Assembly: GCA_951406725.2 (NCBI GenBank)
Contig: OX597817.1
Coordinates: 23,932,001-23,996,000, forward strand
Origin: Octopus vulgaris
Taxonomy: Eukaryota
Direction of reading: 5' to 3'
DNA length: 64,000 nt
The translations under genes and the position numbers were made by a program. Below are positions 25,463 through 39,169 of the stretch, in pieces. The notes below the pieces were generated by a model. That model searched no databases, was not told the origin of the DNA, and saw nothing but the letters and a program-made list of their open reading frames with translations. Positions within the stretch are counted from its first letter, which is position 1. Each line of letters starts with the position of its first letter.

Positions 25463-26518
25463 GGTGGTACAGGTGGAGTTGGTGGTGGTGGAGTTGGTGG
25501 TGATGGAGTTGGTGGTGGTGGAGTTGGTGATGATGGTGATGGTAGTGGTGGTGATGGTGGTGGTGGTGATGGTGATGATGGTGGTGGTGGTGATGATGGT
25601 GGTGGTGGAGTTGGTGATGATGGTGATAGTGGTGATGGTGATGGTGGTGGTGGTGATGGTGGTGGTGGTGGTGGTGGTGGTGGTGGTGGTGGTGGTGGTG
25701 GTGGTGGTGGAGTTGGTGTTAGTGGTGGTGGTGGTGGTGGTGGTACAGGTGGAGTTGGTGGTGGTGGAGTTGGTGGTGATGGAGTTGGTGGTGGTGGAGT
25801 TGGTGATGATGGTGATGGTAGTGGTGGTGATGGTGGTGGTGGTGGTGATGGTGATGATGGTGGTGGTGGTGGCGGTGGTGTGGTGGTGGTGGTGGAGTTG
25901 GTGATGATGGTGATGGTGGTGATGGTGATGGTGGTGGTGGTGATGGTGGTGGTGGTGTTGGTGGTGGTGGTGGTGGTGATGATGGTGGTGGTGGTGGCGG
26001 TGGTGATGGTTGTGGTGGTGGAGTTGGTGATGGTGGTGAAGATGGTGATGGTGATGGTGGTGGTGGTGATGGTGGTGGTGGCGGCGATGGTGGTGGTGGT
26101 GGTGGTGGTGGTGGTGGTGGTGGTGATGGTGGTGGTGGTTGTGGTGATGGTGGTGGTGGTGGTCGTGGCAGAGTTGTCCGTAGTAGTGGTTGACTGTGAA
26201 GCTGTCGTCTGGGTTCTTCCAATTCTTCGTGTGTCGGCGTCCATGCTCGCACCTGCACCTGTGTTGCTCCTCCCCTTCTTTCCCTCCCTTGCGAAGCTGT
26301 GGGGAAGGGGAGGGGAGGGAAAACACACACATCGTAAGCGTTGCCAAGGAGACCACCGTTCTTCTCGAAGAACGACTTATTATTATAATTATATTTTAAA
26401 CAGCAAAATACTCTCAATTTTAGTCAACTTGTGCCACAGGGTCTCGGATGAGATAGTGTTAGTTGAAGGCTACCAAACCTGCCATACACAGACAACTTCA
26501 GCTTTATATATAGAAAGA
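23501..26518 (-). mobile_element. Large composite Helitron-derived element, 3' end not visible, with duplicated modules and a (GGT)n expansion
   Basis: 5' end A|TCTTTCTATATATAAAGCTGAAG at 26518; 26408-26510 matches 22884-22988; the internal module is shared with the Helitron at 28756. Confidence 0.6.
24346..26163. repeat. ~1.8-kb (GGT/GAT/GGAGTT)n array with higher-order units
   Basis: Marker GGTACAGGTGGAGTTGGT recurs at ~24657, 24749, 25138, 25225, 25466 and 25742. Confidence 0.95.
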
Positions 26519-26843
26519 TATAATTAAATTTTTAAAAGTCTCATTCGAACTCGCGTAACATTTTTGCATTTGTCCGTCTTGTTATGTCCTTTTCGATGTT
26601 CGATCTCATGATCATAATAAAGATTTTTACCTTATTACATCCTGCGATTAGTCTCTCTCCATCACACTCAGACCATTACTGTTTATAATCATTTGTTCAG
26701 TCTATTCTCACAGGGGGTGTCCTGACTTTCGTCACAACAACATCATAGAACCGGGGTCAGTTTCAGGTGGGTTGGCATCAAAAGGGTTAAAGAAAAAAAA
26801 ATGGCATTCTTTCGATATGAGACCCGTTTACATCACGTGTATT

Positions 26844-27059
26844 TACTCTTACTCTTTACTCTTTTACTTGTTTCAGTCATTTTGACTGCGGCCATGCTGG
26901 AGCACCACCTTTAGTCGAGCAAATCGACCCCAGGACTTATTCTTTGTAAGCCCAGTACTTATTCTATCGGTCTCTTTTGCCGAACCGTTAAGTGACAGGG
27001 ACGTAAACACACCAGCATCGGTTGTCAAGCAATGCTAGGGGACAAACATAGACACACAA

Positions 27060-27092
<33 letters not shown>

Positions 27093-27263
27093 CATATATA
27101 CGACAGGCTTCTTTCAGTTTCCGTCTACCAAATCCACTCACAAGGCATTGGTCGGCCCGGGGCTATAGCAGAAGACACTTGCCCAAGATGCCACGCAGTG
27201 GGACTGAACCCAGAACCATGTGGTTGGTTAGCAAGCTACTTACCACACAGCCACTCATGCGCC
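26844..27263 (-). mobile_element. SINE-B
   Basis: Matches the family. Confidence 0.9.
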
Positions 27264-27434
27264 TATTTGTTTACATTTCAAGAAGAAGGTCGTCACTTTC
27301 CGTAAAATTTTTATTTTTTTATATATGTGAGGTTAGGGTTAGGGGTAGGGGGAAGGGTATCTTTTTGTCTTCAGAAATGTAAATAAACCCACGTGGGTTT
27401 ATAAGCGACAGTTACGTTACTAGTATCGAATGAG

Positions 27435-27824
27435 TGGAGGCGCAATGGCCCAGTGGTTAGGGCAGCGGACTCACGGTCATAGGATCGCGGTTTCGATTCC
27501 CAAACTGGGCGTTATGAGTGTTTATTGAGCGAAAACACCTAAAGCTCCACGAGGCTCCGACAGGGGATGGTGGTGATCCCTGCTGTACTCTTTCGCCACA
27601 ACTTTCTCCCACTCTTACTTCCTGTTTCTGTTGTACCTGTATTTCAAAGGGCCGGCCTTGTCACTCTGTGTCACGCTGAATATCCCCGAGAACTACGTTA
27701 AGGGTACACGTGTCTGTGGAGTGCTCAGCCACTTACACGTTAATTTCACGAGCAGGCTGTTCCGTTGATCGGATCAACCGGAATCCTCGTCGTCGTAACC
27801 GACGGAGTGCTTCCAAAAAAAAAA
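27435..27824 (+). mobile_element. SINE-C with A tail and TSD
   Basis: TSD AGTATCGAATGA at 27422-27433 and 27825-27836. Confidence 0.92.
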
Positions 27825-28061
27825 AGTATCGAATGATCGCCAAAAAAATCTATTCTAAAAATCCAAAACGTATTGAAATCGACTTACTTTGCTGAGACTT
27901 GTCCGTGAAGGACTTTCACGTTCGTTTCGTCATGTTTACAGGCCGGTGTCGAGAGAAGTTTGCTTAGATTCAGCTTTTGTTTCGACAAACTGTATCGACG
28001 TAACCACTAAAACACCAAAGAAAAGTGTCGATAGCCATAATTAGAAAAACTGAACGAAATA

Positions 28062-28293
28062 TATTTCTTTACTACCCACAAGGGGCTAAACATAGAAGGG
28101 ACAAACAAGGACAGACAAAGGGATTAAGTCGATAACATCGACCCCAGTGCGTAACTGGTACTTAATTTATCGACCCCGAAAGGATGAAAGGCAAAGTCGA
28201 CCTCAGCGGAATTTGAATTCAGAACGTAACGACAGACGAAATACGGCTACGCATTTCGCCCGGCGGGCTAAGGTTTCTGCCAACTCGCCGCCT
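28062..28293 (-). mobile_element. SINE-A
   Basis: Matches the family. Confidence 0.9.
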
Positions 28294-28656
28294 TTGGAGA
28301 GGAAGACCCAGCCACCGAGTGAATACGAAATAGTTTAAGGAGACTTTCTATGCGTAACATTGGTGAAATAGGAGGAAGGCAGGGCTGGGGGTGGGGTTAA
28401 GAAATCTTGTTCACCACCATGAGGCTTGAAGTTCAATCCTTTTTGGCACGTCGAATGAAATTAGGGGATGGAAACTGTGAGGAAGCCTCATGGCTGGATG
28501 TATATGTAATTTAGAGGTTCAGCATTGTCATACGTTTTGTCATGATGAGTCATCATCATCATGATAATAATCATCATCATTATAGTCGTCGTCACCATTG
28601 ATAATGTTGTCGTCGTTGTAGTTATCATCTTCATGAATATATATATATATATATAT

Positions 28657-29251
<595 letters not shown>

Positions 29252-29262
29252 TATATATATAT

Positions 29263-29386
<124 letters not shown>

Positions 29387-30153
29387 CGTTATTAAATTAT
29401 ACTTGTAAAAAGGAATACTGGAAAGGTAACACAAATCCTTTTATAATAGGTCCATCCACCCATTATTTATACACACTAGAAGAGAGGTCTTTAGCAAGTT
29501 GAGTAAAATTTATGTGGTGTTATTTTGATATATCCCAAAAATGTATTTGAAGTTTATATGTATTAGACAGATATATTGCAAATTTAGTGTGAAGAATGTG
29601 CGCGCGCGCGTGTGTGAATGACAGAGAGAGGGAGAGAGAGAAATATATATAGAGAGAGAGACTATGTGAGCATGTGTGTGGGCTTGTGTGTTTGTATTTA
29701 AGTATAAAATAAAAATTATTTTCCGACCTTGCATTACATTGCACGAAATATACCTATGTCTTCAAAAGATGGATTTAGAGATTATTTCGATGGCAGATCT
29801 GACACAAACGTAAATGAAATGGAAAATGTACTTGGAGACGGAAGTAAAAACTGCATCGCAGGCTGAATGAAAATGGGGTTCCATAGAAAGTTTATGAAGA
29901 CGAATCGACTGTGTGATCCAGAAATTATATTTTATCTCTGTCGGGAGAATTCGGTTTGAAACCGCACACATGACATTTTAATTCACGTGAGCTCTGAGGA
30001 ATAACTAAAAACGGAAAATTCTTGCCATCATGACAGATGATAACTAAGCAATGATGCTACGCTGAACAGAGTTCGGGTTATTTTGGAATAGTAATGCAAA
30101 CTCGCCACTAACTACTAATTATTCGACCTTCCTAAAGTGTCTATATCTATATC

Positions 30154-30324
30154 AGGCGTAGGAGTGGCTGTAAGGTAAGTAGCTTGCTTACGAACCACAT
30201 GGTTCAGGGTTCAGTCCCACTGCGTGGCACCTTGGGCAAGTGTCTTCAGCTATAGCCTCGGGCCGACCAAAGCCTTGTGAGTGGATTTGGTAGACGGAAA
30301 CTGAAAGAAGCACGTCGTATATAT

Positions 30325-30399
<75 letters not shown>

Positions 30400-30479
30400 G
30401 CTAAGTTACGGGGACGTAAACACACCAGCATCGGTTGTCAAGCGATGTTGAGGGGACAAACACAGAAACACAAACACAT

Positions 30480-30519
<40 letters not shown>

Positions 30520-30690
30520 GTGTGTTTACGTCCCCGTAACTTACGTCCCCGTAACTTAGCGTTTCGGCAAAAGAGACCGGTAGAATAAGTACAAGGCTTA
30601 CAAAGAATAAGTCCTGGGCTCGATTTGCTCGACTAAAAAGGCGGTGCTCCAGCATGGCCGCAGTCAAATGACTGAAACAAGTAAAAGAGT
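30154..30690 (+). mobile_element. SINE-B with an internal inverted segment (~30397-30480)
   Basis: 5' half on plus; middle segment on minus; 3' part resumes on plus at ~30519 with a duplicated TTACGTCCCCGTAAC. Confidence 0.8.
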
Positions 30691-30715
30691 ATATATACAA
30701 ATACATGCATACATA

Positions 30716-30880
30716 GGCGCAGGAGTGGCTGTGTGGTAAGTAGCTTGTTTACCAACCACAAGGTTCCAGGTTCATTCCCACTGCGTGGCACCTTGGGCAA
30801 GTGTCTTCTGCTATAGCCCCGGGCCGACCAATGCCTTGTGAGTGGATTTGGTAGACGGAAACTGAAAGAAGCCTGTCGTA

Positions 30881-30952
<72 letters not shown>

Positions 30953-31158
30953 TGTGTTTGTCCCCCTAACATTGCTTGACAACCGGTGCTGGTCTGTTTA
31001 CGTCCCCGTCACTTAGCGGTTCGGCAAAAGACCCCGATAGAATAAGTACTGGGCTTACAAAGAATAAGTCCCGGGGTTGATTTGCTCGACTAAAGGCGGT
31101 GCTCCAGCATGGCCGCAGTCAAATGACTGAAACAAATAAAAGAGTAAAGAGTAAAGAG
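30716..31158 (+). mobile_element. SINE-B
   Basis: Matches the family. Confidence 0.9.
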
Positions 31159-31199
31159 TATACATGCATACATACATACATACATACATACATACATTC

Positions 31200-31542
31200 A
31201 TGTCATTAGGTACTGCCTTGAGGCACCGCCTTGAAGAATTTTAGTCAAACAAATCGACCCCAGTTCTTCTTTCAAGTCTGGTACTTATTTTATCGGCTTC
31301 TTTTGCCGAAGTGCTAAGTTACGGTGGCACAAACGCATCAACATTGGGTGTCAAGTGGTGGTGGTGGTTGACAAACACACACACACATATATGAATTACG
31401 ACGAGCTTCTTTTAATTTCCGTTTACCAAATCCACTCACAAGGCCTTGGTTGCCCGACCTTATAGTAGAAGACAATTGCCTATGGAGAGTTAAGCATGTG
31501 GTTGGGAAACATACCTCTTTATCACACAACCACACCCACGCC
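31200..31542 (-). mobile_element. SINE-B, old and diverged
   Basis: AAATCGACCCCAG..CCAAATCCACTCACAAGGC. Confidence 0.7.
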
Positions 31543-32491
31543 TATATATATGTGTGTGTGTGTGTATGTGCTTGTGTGTGTGAGTGTGTGTGTATGCATG
31601 TATGTATTTATGTATTATTTATGTATGTATGTATGTATGTATGTTTATACATACCACTTAATTCAATGAAGGCAATGCAAGCGAAAACTAGAAGAACAAA
31701 CACACACGCATATATATATATACATGTAAGCATATATACATATAGATAGGTACATACATACATGCATACATACATACATACATGCATACATACATACATA
31801 CATACATACATACATACATACATACATACATACATACATACATACATACATACATACATACATACATACATACATACATACATACATACATACATACATA
31901 CATACATACATACGTACATACATAATCGGTGATAATGAAAGCAGCCTCGCTAAATATTAATAGTGATTGTGCTATCTTTGCTTTTTCTTTCGATGTGTGC
32001 TTGATAATACCATTCCAAGTCTCAGAGTCGAAGTCATCTCATATAGGATCACAATATCTAAAGAATTTCGAATAGATAATCAGGAGATAAAAGCAGTATT
32101 ATATCTCTGTCTTCTGAGAGATAATACTTCATGTTCTTTTAACAAGATATTCGACTAAACGACTCGTTCGTTTTCTATGGCCGTTGGTACGTGCAAATAT
32201 AATTCATTTTGCGTAAAGAAATATTTCCGGAGTTAACCTTTTCAAAATTTTATTGATGTACTTATAGCTAGTGTTTAACGGAGTGGGGGTAAATTGGCTT
32301 CGTTCTTAATGAGGAGTTTTGATCAAATAAATGTGACAGTTTTGATTGTAAATAAAATTGTGTTCAATGGGGAATATGTGTTTTATTTATCAGTATCAAG
32401 GTAAAAATCACGGTCATTATCACTAAGTAAATTGGTGCCAGCATTTAAAACAAAGGTTTAAAACTAATTAGAAATAAATAAATAAATAAAT

Positions 32492-32682
32492 AGGCGCATG
32501 AGTGGCTGTGGAGTAAGTAGCTTGCTTACGAGCCATATGGTTCCGGGTTCAGTCCCACTGCGTGGCACCTTAGACAAGTGTCTTCAGCTATAGCCTCGGG
32601 CTGACCAAAGCCTTGTGAGTGGATATGGTAGACGGAAACTGAAAGAAGCCCGTCGTATATATGCATATATATATATATATAA

Positions 32683-32743
<61 letters not shown>

Positions 32744-32991
32744 TGTATGTATGTATGTATGTATGTATGTATGCGTGTGTATATGCTTGTGTGTCTGTGT
32801 TTGTCCCCCCAACATCAGTTGACAACCGATGGTGGTGTGTTTACGTTCCCGTAACTTAGCGGTTCGGCAGAAGAGACCGATAGAATAAGTACTAGGCTTA
32901 CAAAGAATAAGTCCTTGGGTCGATTTGTTCGATCGACTAAAGACGGTGCTCCAGCATGCCCACAATCAAATGACTGAAACAAGTTAAAGAG
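32492..32991 (+). mobile_element. SINE-B
   Basis: Matches the family. Confidence 0.9.
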
Positions 32992-34455
32992 TATGACATA
33001 AAAGCTTCATTTGTCTATAACTAATATTTTTCTTTTCCCATCAGATACGGGAGATAAATTTGGAAATGTCTGTTTCTAATTCTGATATCATCAGCGTAAA
33101 AACTATTTTATGTGAGAAAACTTAGAAAGGAAAGTTAAGTAGCAAATGTAATTTTTACGATTTTAACTGTATTGAAGACTTGCTCGTAATCCTTAAGAAT
33201 GTCCTCTGGTTAGGGAGGTCAGCATAACCAAGTATAGTGAGATCATCATTTGAAATCTTAACGTTTCGTTGTAGAAACCTTAGTTAATTGTTAATATCGA
33301 ATTTCAGTCAAATAAGCCAATAGTTTAAAAAAAAAACGATAAAAGAAGAAGAAGAAGAAAACTCCATTATTGGAGATCAATGGCACACAATTGGCTTGAA
33401 AGCACTTCCTAAATGCATAGATTCGATGAATTATTGGTGACCAGCAAACATGTCATTCTGATATATATGAGAAAGCTTAGGTCTATGGATGGAAGAGTTA
33501 ACGAATAGATATTTTCTCTTTCAAGTGAGTTCTCTAGTAAGAGTTAGTAGTTGGTGTTATGTTGATTGAAAAGCTCATGGATACTCGTTTATGTAAGTGA
33601 AAGAGAAAGGTACCTCAATGGTGCAGCACTTTTATAATACATTATTTGGTAACGTCTTGTATAAGTGGTTAAGTTAGATGAGTACGGGCTGTTGCGAATA
33701 ATCTCAAAAGCATTGTAGAAAGGTTTACTAATCAAATGACTTTAAACAAGTAAAGGATGGAAGTTCGACAAATGGTGTTCTTAAGACGTTCAAATTTACT
33801 TATGTAATTATCTAAATCAAGTAATTAGACAAACGATTGATTTAGCAGTGTGATAAACGACTGTCTTGATATTAAGGTAATCAGTCGGGCGCTTTAATGC
33901 AGTTGCACATGTAAGCTCTAATGGAAATTAATTCACTGATGGCTTCGCTGGGTTTTACTTGTTAGTTCTTTGTAGTAGTAATGGCACCGATAAGTCTATT
34001 TAAATAGCCCTTGACGGACAAATCAGGAAAATGATATGAAATACTGCATCACTGAAGAAGACAGTTTTTGATTGTTAATAACAAAACATAAAAGTTTGTG
34101 ACCTTTTTTTGTATTTTTATATACTGCCGTTTTTATCACACCCACCACTCCTGAACCAATGAGTTTGTTTACATAATAAGACTGTGGGTTAGAGTTTACC
34201 AGACAGAATCATATACATAACCACATAAATGAATATATAAAGAAAGAAATAAGGAAATAAAATAAAGAAATTACTATAGCAACAAAAACTAAATATTATA
34301 GATCTTTCTCGGGCATAACTATCAGGACAATATAAACAATTATTCTAAATGGTATAAAACAATTATTCATATTGTCAATAAAAATGACAAAATGACATAT
34401 GCAAAGTATGAACAACAATAATATCGGTATTCTTAACGACCTGAATTGCCACAGC

Positions 34456-34935
34456 AAGGGTGGGCTAAGCATTCATAGGCTGTCTATGAAGAATTGATAT
34501 TAGAGCTAAGGAATCTTGCTTGCATTATTTTCGATCTTTTTATTAATAACATTCTTGTTTCTTTCCAGGTAAATTTACATGAAACACTTCAAACGTAACT
34601 CTCCTGAAAATTGGCAAAATTTGGCATCATGTCGTTCTCAAGTACTTTATCATCCAAAGACATTCATACTGACATGCTTGCTATGTTAGGGAACGATGCT
34701 CCAAATTTATCAATAGTGCAAAAGTGGGCAGTTGGAATTAGGAGAGGAAGAGAGAGTTTTGAGGATAACCCCAGGTCTGGAAATCTTGCATCTACCACCA
34801 CGGATGAATACATTGATCGTTTTCATTACATGGTGATGGATGACAGGCGACTGACCATAAATCAAATAGCCCATGCTATTAGCATATCCCACGAGAGAGT
34901 TGAGAATATACTACACAAAGAACTTGGCATAATGA
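34456..34935 (+). pseudogene. Mariner transposase N-terminal (HTH) fragment
   Basis: DIHTDMLAMLGNDAP..VQKWAVGIRRGRESFEDNPRSG..DRRLTINQIAHAISISHERVENILHKELG is a typical mariner bipartite HTH; cut off by the R4 fragment. Confidence 0.85.
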
Positions 34936-35835
34936 TGGTCACTTTTTGGGTGGAGTATCCCATATCTAGTCAGCAACATCCTTGTCTTCTGTCTAAGCTG
35001 TTTAGTTCGTCTACTGTCCATGTGATTACGCCCGCCCCATATCTAAGGAGTCGATAGCTTCAATTTTATTCCGTCCGTTTAACCTCGACTTAAGCACCAG
35101 TCTCAGTCTGCGGAAGTACTCCACCTTAAACTTTTCTCTGTCATTTCCTTCTCAATCATTTTATCCGTATCTAACATTCCCAAGTACTTATAGCCCGTCT
35201 CTTCTATTTGCTTCATAACCTCTCCCGACGGTGTCGCTAGCCCATCCATACATTTAATTTTGCTTCTCTTCAATACTAAAACACCCTACCTTTTCAGTTC
35301 GAACTCCATTCTAATATCAGCACTGAAGGTATACACCATATCAACGAGGGAACTGACTTGGGATTCATTTTTACCATAAAGTTTGAGGTCATCCATGAAT
35401 AACAAATGATTGACTTTTTGTTGGCAGCTCTTGAATATATACCCAGCCTTTGCTTTCCTCAGAATCACTGTTAGTGGCATCATTCACAGTACAAAGTTCA
35501 GTGGGGACAGGCAATCCCCTTGAAAGATACTTCTCTTGATTTCTATTGTCCCTAAACTTCTTCCATATGCTCTCAGTTCCGTCCTCTGCGACTATTTCAG
35601 TCAATAATTTCCACATAAGTGGCATGCATGATATCGGCCTGTAATTGTCTATATAGTGCTTTTTTTCGATGTTTTTCAAGCACAGCACTGTCCTACCCAT
35701 TGTCAACCATTCTGTTGTTACTTGGTGGGCATTTCAGAAGGTGTTGAGTTGTGCAGCTATTCGTGCTTGAGATCCACCAAATCTTTTGATCCAGTAGCCT
35801 TGAACTCCATCTGGTCCCGGGGCCTTCCAGTTGCC
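34936..35835 (-). pseudogene. R4/Dong-clade LINE reverse transcriptase fragment
   Basis: [66 protein letters not shown], with stops and deletions. Confidence 0.85.
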
Positions 35836-36149
35836 CACTGACAAAGCACCGGACTACACACAAAAAAGTAAGTGGTGCTCATTAAAACTGTTGGACTACA
35901 TCTGAGTAAATACATATCGCACTATATCCGATTAAGTACAAATCACAAACACGTAAGTACGTAAACTAATTAATTACGTATAAAAACCAGCTTTACATGA
36001 ATACATTTTAATATTTCAAAATAACATTAAGTAACCTATAAACAAGCGTACACATACACATAAGCGAAGCGAATAAAAACAAACGACAAAGATTATAGTT
36101 ATTATTGATCACAAAAGCATTAAACAGCTATATATATATATATATATAT

Positions 36150-37015
36150 AGTTGAGTATAGAAATTCGGGGTGAGTACTTGATAATTATAAGCACCTGTG
36201 TATACCGTTTGGTGGTGTAGGTGGTGGAGTAAATTGATCAAAATAAAAACATGATGCGAAGGATTCAGCGGTACATATGTTTCGGGCCTTTATTAGACAG
36301 ATTTATAACAATGCATAATGTATGTCTGTGGCCTTCTTCAGCCGCGCACAACAGCTTCCACAAGGACATGTGTTACATCAAAAATTCTTGGTTGGGGATG
36401 CAAATCCTCTCATTCGCGTACGACATAATGCGGCAGCAGCATAGAATTGAAGCGTCCATCTCTTTCTTCTCTCAATGTAGAATGAGGAAATTTGGATGTT
36501 GAAGTAATGTAAATAAATAAATACATATATAGACGTGAAGATGGAGGGGCGAGAATTCAGGACGAGGGATAAAAAATGTATAAAAAGTGTAAGTATAGAA
36601 AAATATAAAAATGTAGAGTATAAAGATATAAAGGGATATAAGGAGATGTCAAGGGGGTATAAAGAATATAAAGAAATATAAAGAAATATAAATAAATGTA
36701 AAGGCATAAGTTTATAAAGTAAAAATAGAAATAGAAATAAAAGTAAAAAGTAAAAAAATAAAAATAGGAATAAACATGATAAAAATGTAAAAAAAATGTA
36801 AAAAAATATAAAAAAATATAAAAATGTAAAAAAATATAAAGATAAGGGATGTATAGAGGTTACGGACCAAACATGGTGGTCAGGAGATTGATAAAATTTA
36901 GTTGTAGAAGTTTTGGGTGTCAATAAATCAACAGTGTCGTCTGGGGACCTAATGTGTTGTAAATCAGAGCTGTTGAGCGTTTAATCTGGTTCTTTGAATT
37001 AATTGGTCATCTAGT
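36150..37015 (-). mobile_element. Probable Penelope-like pseudo-LTR or non-autonomous element ending at (TA)n
   Basis: Pyrimidine-rich TTTATATT low-complexity body followed by a hammerhead motif, terminating at (TA)n. Confidence 0.55.
36268..36345 (-). ncRNA. Type I hammerhead ribozyme motif
   Basis: GCGG-CUGAAGA-AGGCC...GGCCC-GAAA-CAUAUG-UA-CCGC: stem I GCGG/CCGC, intact core, palindromic stem III, GUA cleavage triplet. Confidence 0.75.
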
Positions 37016-37109
37016 ACATACATACCATCATGGATACATACACCCATATACACGCGTACATATACGCCTCCAAGCCTACAAGCATACACACGCAAGACAA
37101 AGCAATGTA

Positions 37110-37780
37110 CCTAACACTTCCAATCGACGAACGTAGCCACGTTATTGTGCTTCCTTTTGTAGTGCTTTTGGCTTTTGCTACACACATTCACAATATATGA
37201 GATTGTTTTGCTTCTGCTGCCATACATCTTACAAATAGGCAATTCGCTACTCTTATCTATTTGGAACTTAGTGCAATAAGTTCTCAGAGCTTGTTCTTGA
37301 GTGCTGCATATCAATGTCTCAATGCATCCTTTCAGAACCCTTCCATTTCTAAGCAATTTCCAAGTGTTGATCCTTTGATTTTCCTGAAGTATTGCCCATG
37401 CAATGATTTCATTTTCCGGTTGTTTACTCCTTCTTTTTCATCTTTCTGAAATGTTTGTGGTTACATCACATTTTCGGCAGATATTGTATTGCTAATTCTA
37501 ACAGCGGCAAGCAAGGACTCAATCTGTTGTATGATATGCCATCCCAGACTTCTCGTTGACAGCACAGATCTTGCATCATACGATGCCTATTCCTCCCCTG
37601 TTCCAAGGTACATATAGTCTGTCAGTATCGCTTTTGGGTCGTACTTATTTGTTAATTGTCATCACTTTTCTGGTTTTCCTGCCCATTTACCCAAGCTCGT
37701 TCTTTGTCTACCCAACATATCGTATTAAGGAAACAGCCCATGTGTTCATTGCCCTGATCTTATTTTTTTCCATTGAGTCG
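37110..37780 (-). pseudogene. R4/Dong-clade LINE fragment (post-RT region and zinc knuckle)
   Basis: KNKIRAMNTWAVSLIRY..PKSDTDRLYVP..GGIG..ETLICSTQEQALRT..CKMYG..TISYIVNVCSK..YKRKHNNVA. Confidence 0.8.
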
Positions 37781-38140
37781 ACTTCCCATATACTAGAATC
37801 TGATGAAGGATCAAAAACCATGAAACATTTAGAAGTCAGAAGCTTTAGAGCTGTGGATTTATGAAATGGCTGCTTTGTTCAGCAGATATTTAGTTGTGCA
37901 GAAGAGTACACTGCGAAACGAGATATGGTGCAACAGCAAGGAGTTTCAAGACGGCTTAAATCCTTAACATTTTCATCGTTCTCAAGTTATCAGAAGATCA
38001 CTTGTCGTGTAGTGTGTTTCTTTTCCAGACTTTTGTTAAGATACATTCGGAACCCGAAAACTTTTGGAGTTGCGTGAATCATAAACGTGATTTGTATGCT
38101 TTTTGAAAAGTTCACTGTTGACTCATAAAAATCTTCTAAA

Positions 38141-38362
38141 GGCGGCGAGCTGGCAGAAACGTTAGCGCACCGGGCGAAATGCTCAGCGGTATTTCGTCTG
38201 TCCATACGTTCTGAGTTCAAATTCCGTCGGGGTCGACTTTGCCTTTCATCCTTTCGGGGTCGATTAAATAAGTACCAGTTACGCACTGGGATCGATTTAA
38301 TTTGTTTGTCTGTCCTTGTTTGTCCCCTCTGTGTGTAGCCCCTTGTGGGTAGTAAAGAAATA
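38141..38362 (+). mobile_element. SINE-A
   Basis: Matches the family; TSD-like AATCTTCTAA. Confidence 0.9.
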
Positions 38363-39027
38363 AGAATCTTCTAATAATTAATCCATTAATCGATGTAGTT
38401 ATTTTGAGGTTTGTCTGGCTTGATTTAAAACCTCTTTTCCCCTCCCTCATCTTCCCTGAGCAAGGTTTAATGAAGGTAATACCATGCATCAGTATAAATG
38501 CAGGTAATACCGTGCATCGATAAAGCTATAAAGAAACAATTATTGCAGTTGTTTTCTTATATAATTCGGCCAAGAACACTAAATATTGGTACCGATATTG
38601 TAGAGGCATTGTTGGGTGTTATTTTGTTGTAAAATATTCCGACTGACATCTTTTAAAACTTTTGGATTGATTCATTTTGCTCTCTCTATCTTTGTTTTCA
38701 TCACCCTTATATTACAGTTTTATTATTCAGATATTTGTAGCTCTTATTCCATGGAACAGAATAAACAAGAAAATCGTTGATGGTTATATTTGGTAAGCGG
38801 TTTTCCAACGTTCTAAGGATGAAATTAGTTCACTTTATCTCAGTGTCCATTTCGAAGTACATCAAGAAAACGATTGAGTTAAAACCTGGATTTTGTTAGT
38901 GCAGAACAAATCAAATAAAAACCGGAATTTTGCGACAGTTATTACAATAGATTCTGTTTCAAAATATATAAAAGCACATCGTTTCTTTCAAACAATGCTT
39001 TCGAAATTGTTATCCGTTAAACGATGG

Positions 39028-39160
39028 CGTCGACAACGACACTACGATATTGATGATGACGACAGCTACGACGACAACGATGACGAAGACGACGACAACG
39101 AAGACGACTACGATGATGAGCATAATGATGATGAAGACAATGACGACAGTGATGATGACG
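39028..39160. repeat. (GAY)n degenerate trinucleotide repeat
   Basis: Directly visible. Confidence 0.85.
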
Positions 39161-39169
39161 TTTGACGAA

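Noticed and set aside
24191-26527. Long ORFs (721, 674 and 473 aa) rich in H/T/P/G/V
   Set aside because: Stop-free translations of the (GGT)n array, open in several frames on both strands; not extensin, mucin or His-rich genes.
34936-37780. Two R4 fragments as a single split element
   Set aside because: Their order is reversed relative to the protein and both cover the NKI.A..PKSD region, so they are independent copies.
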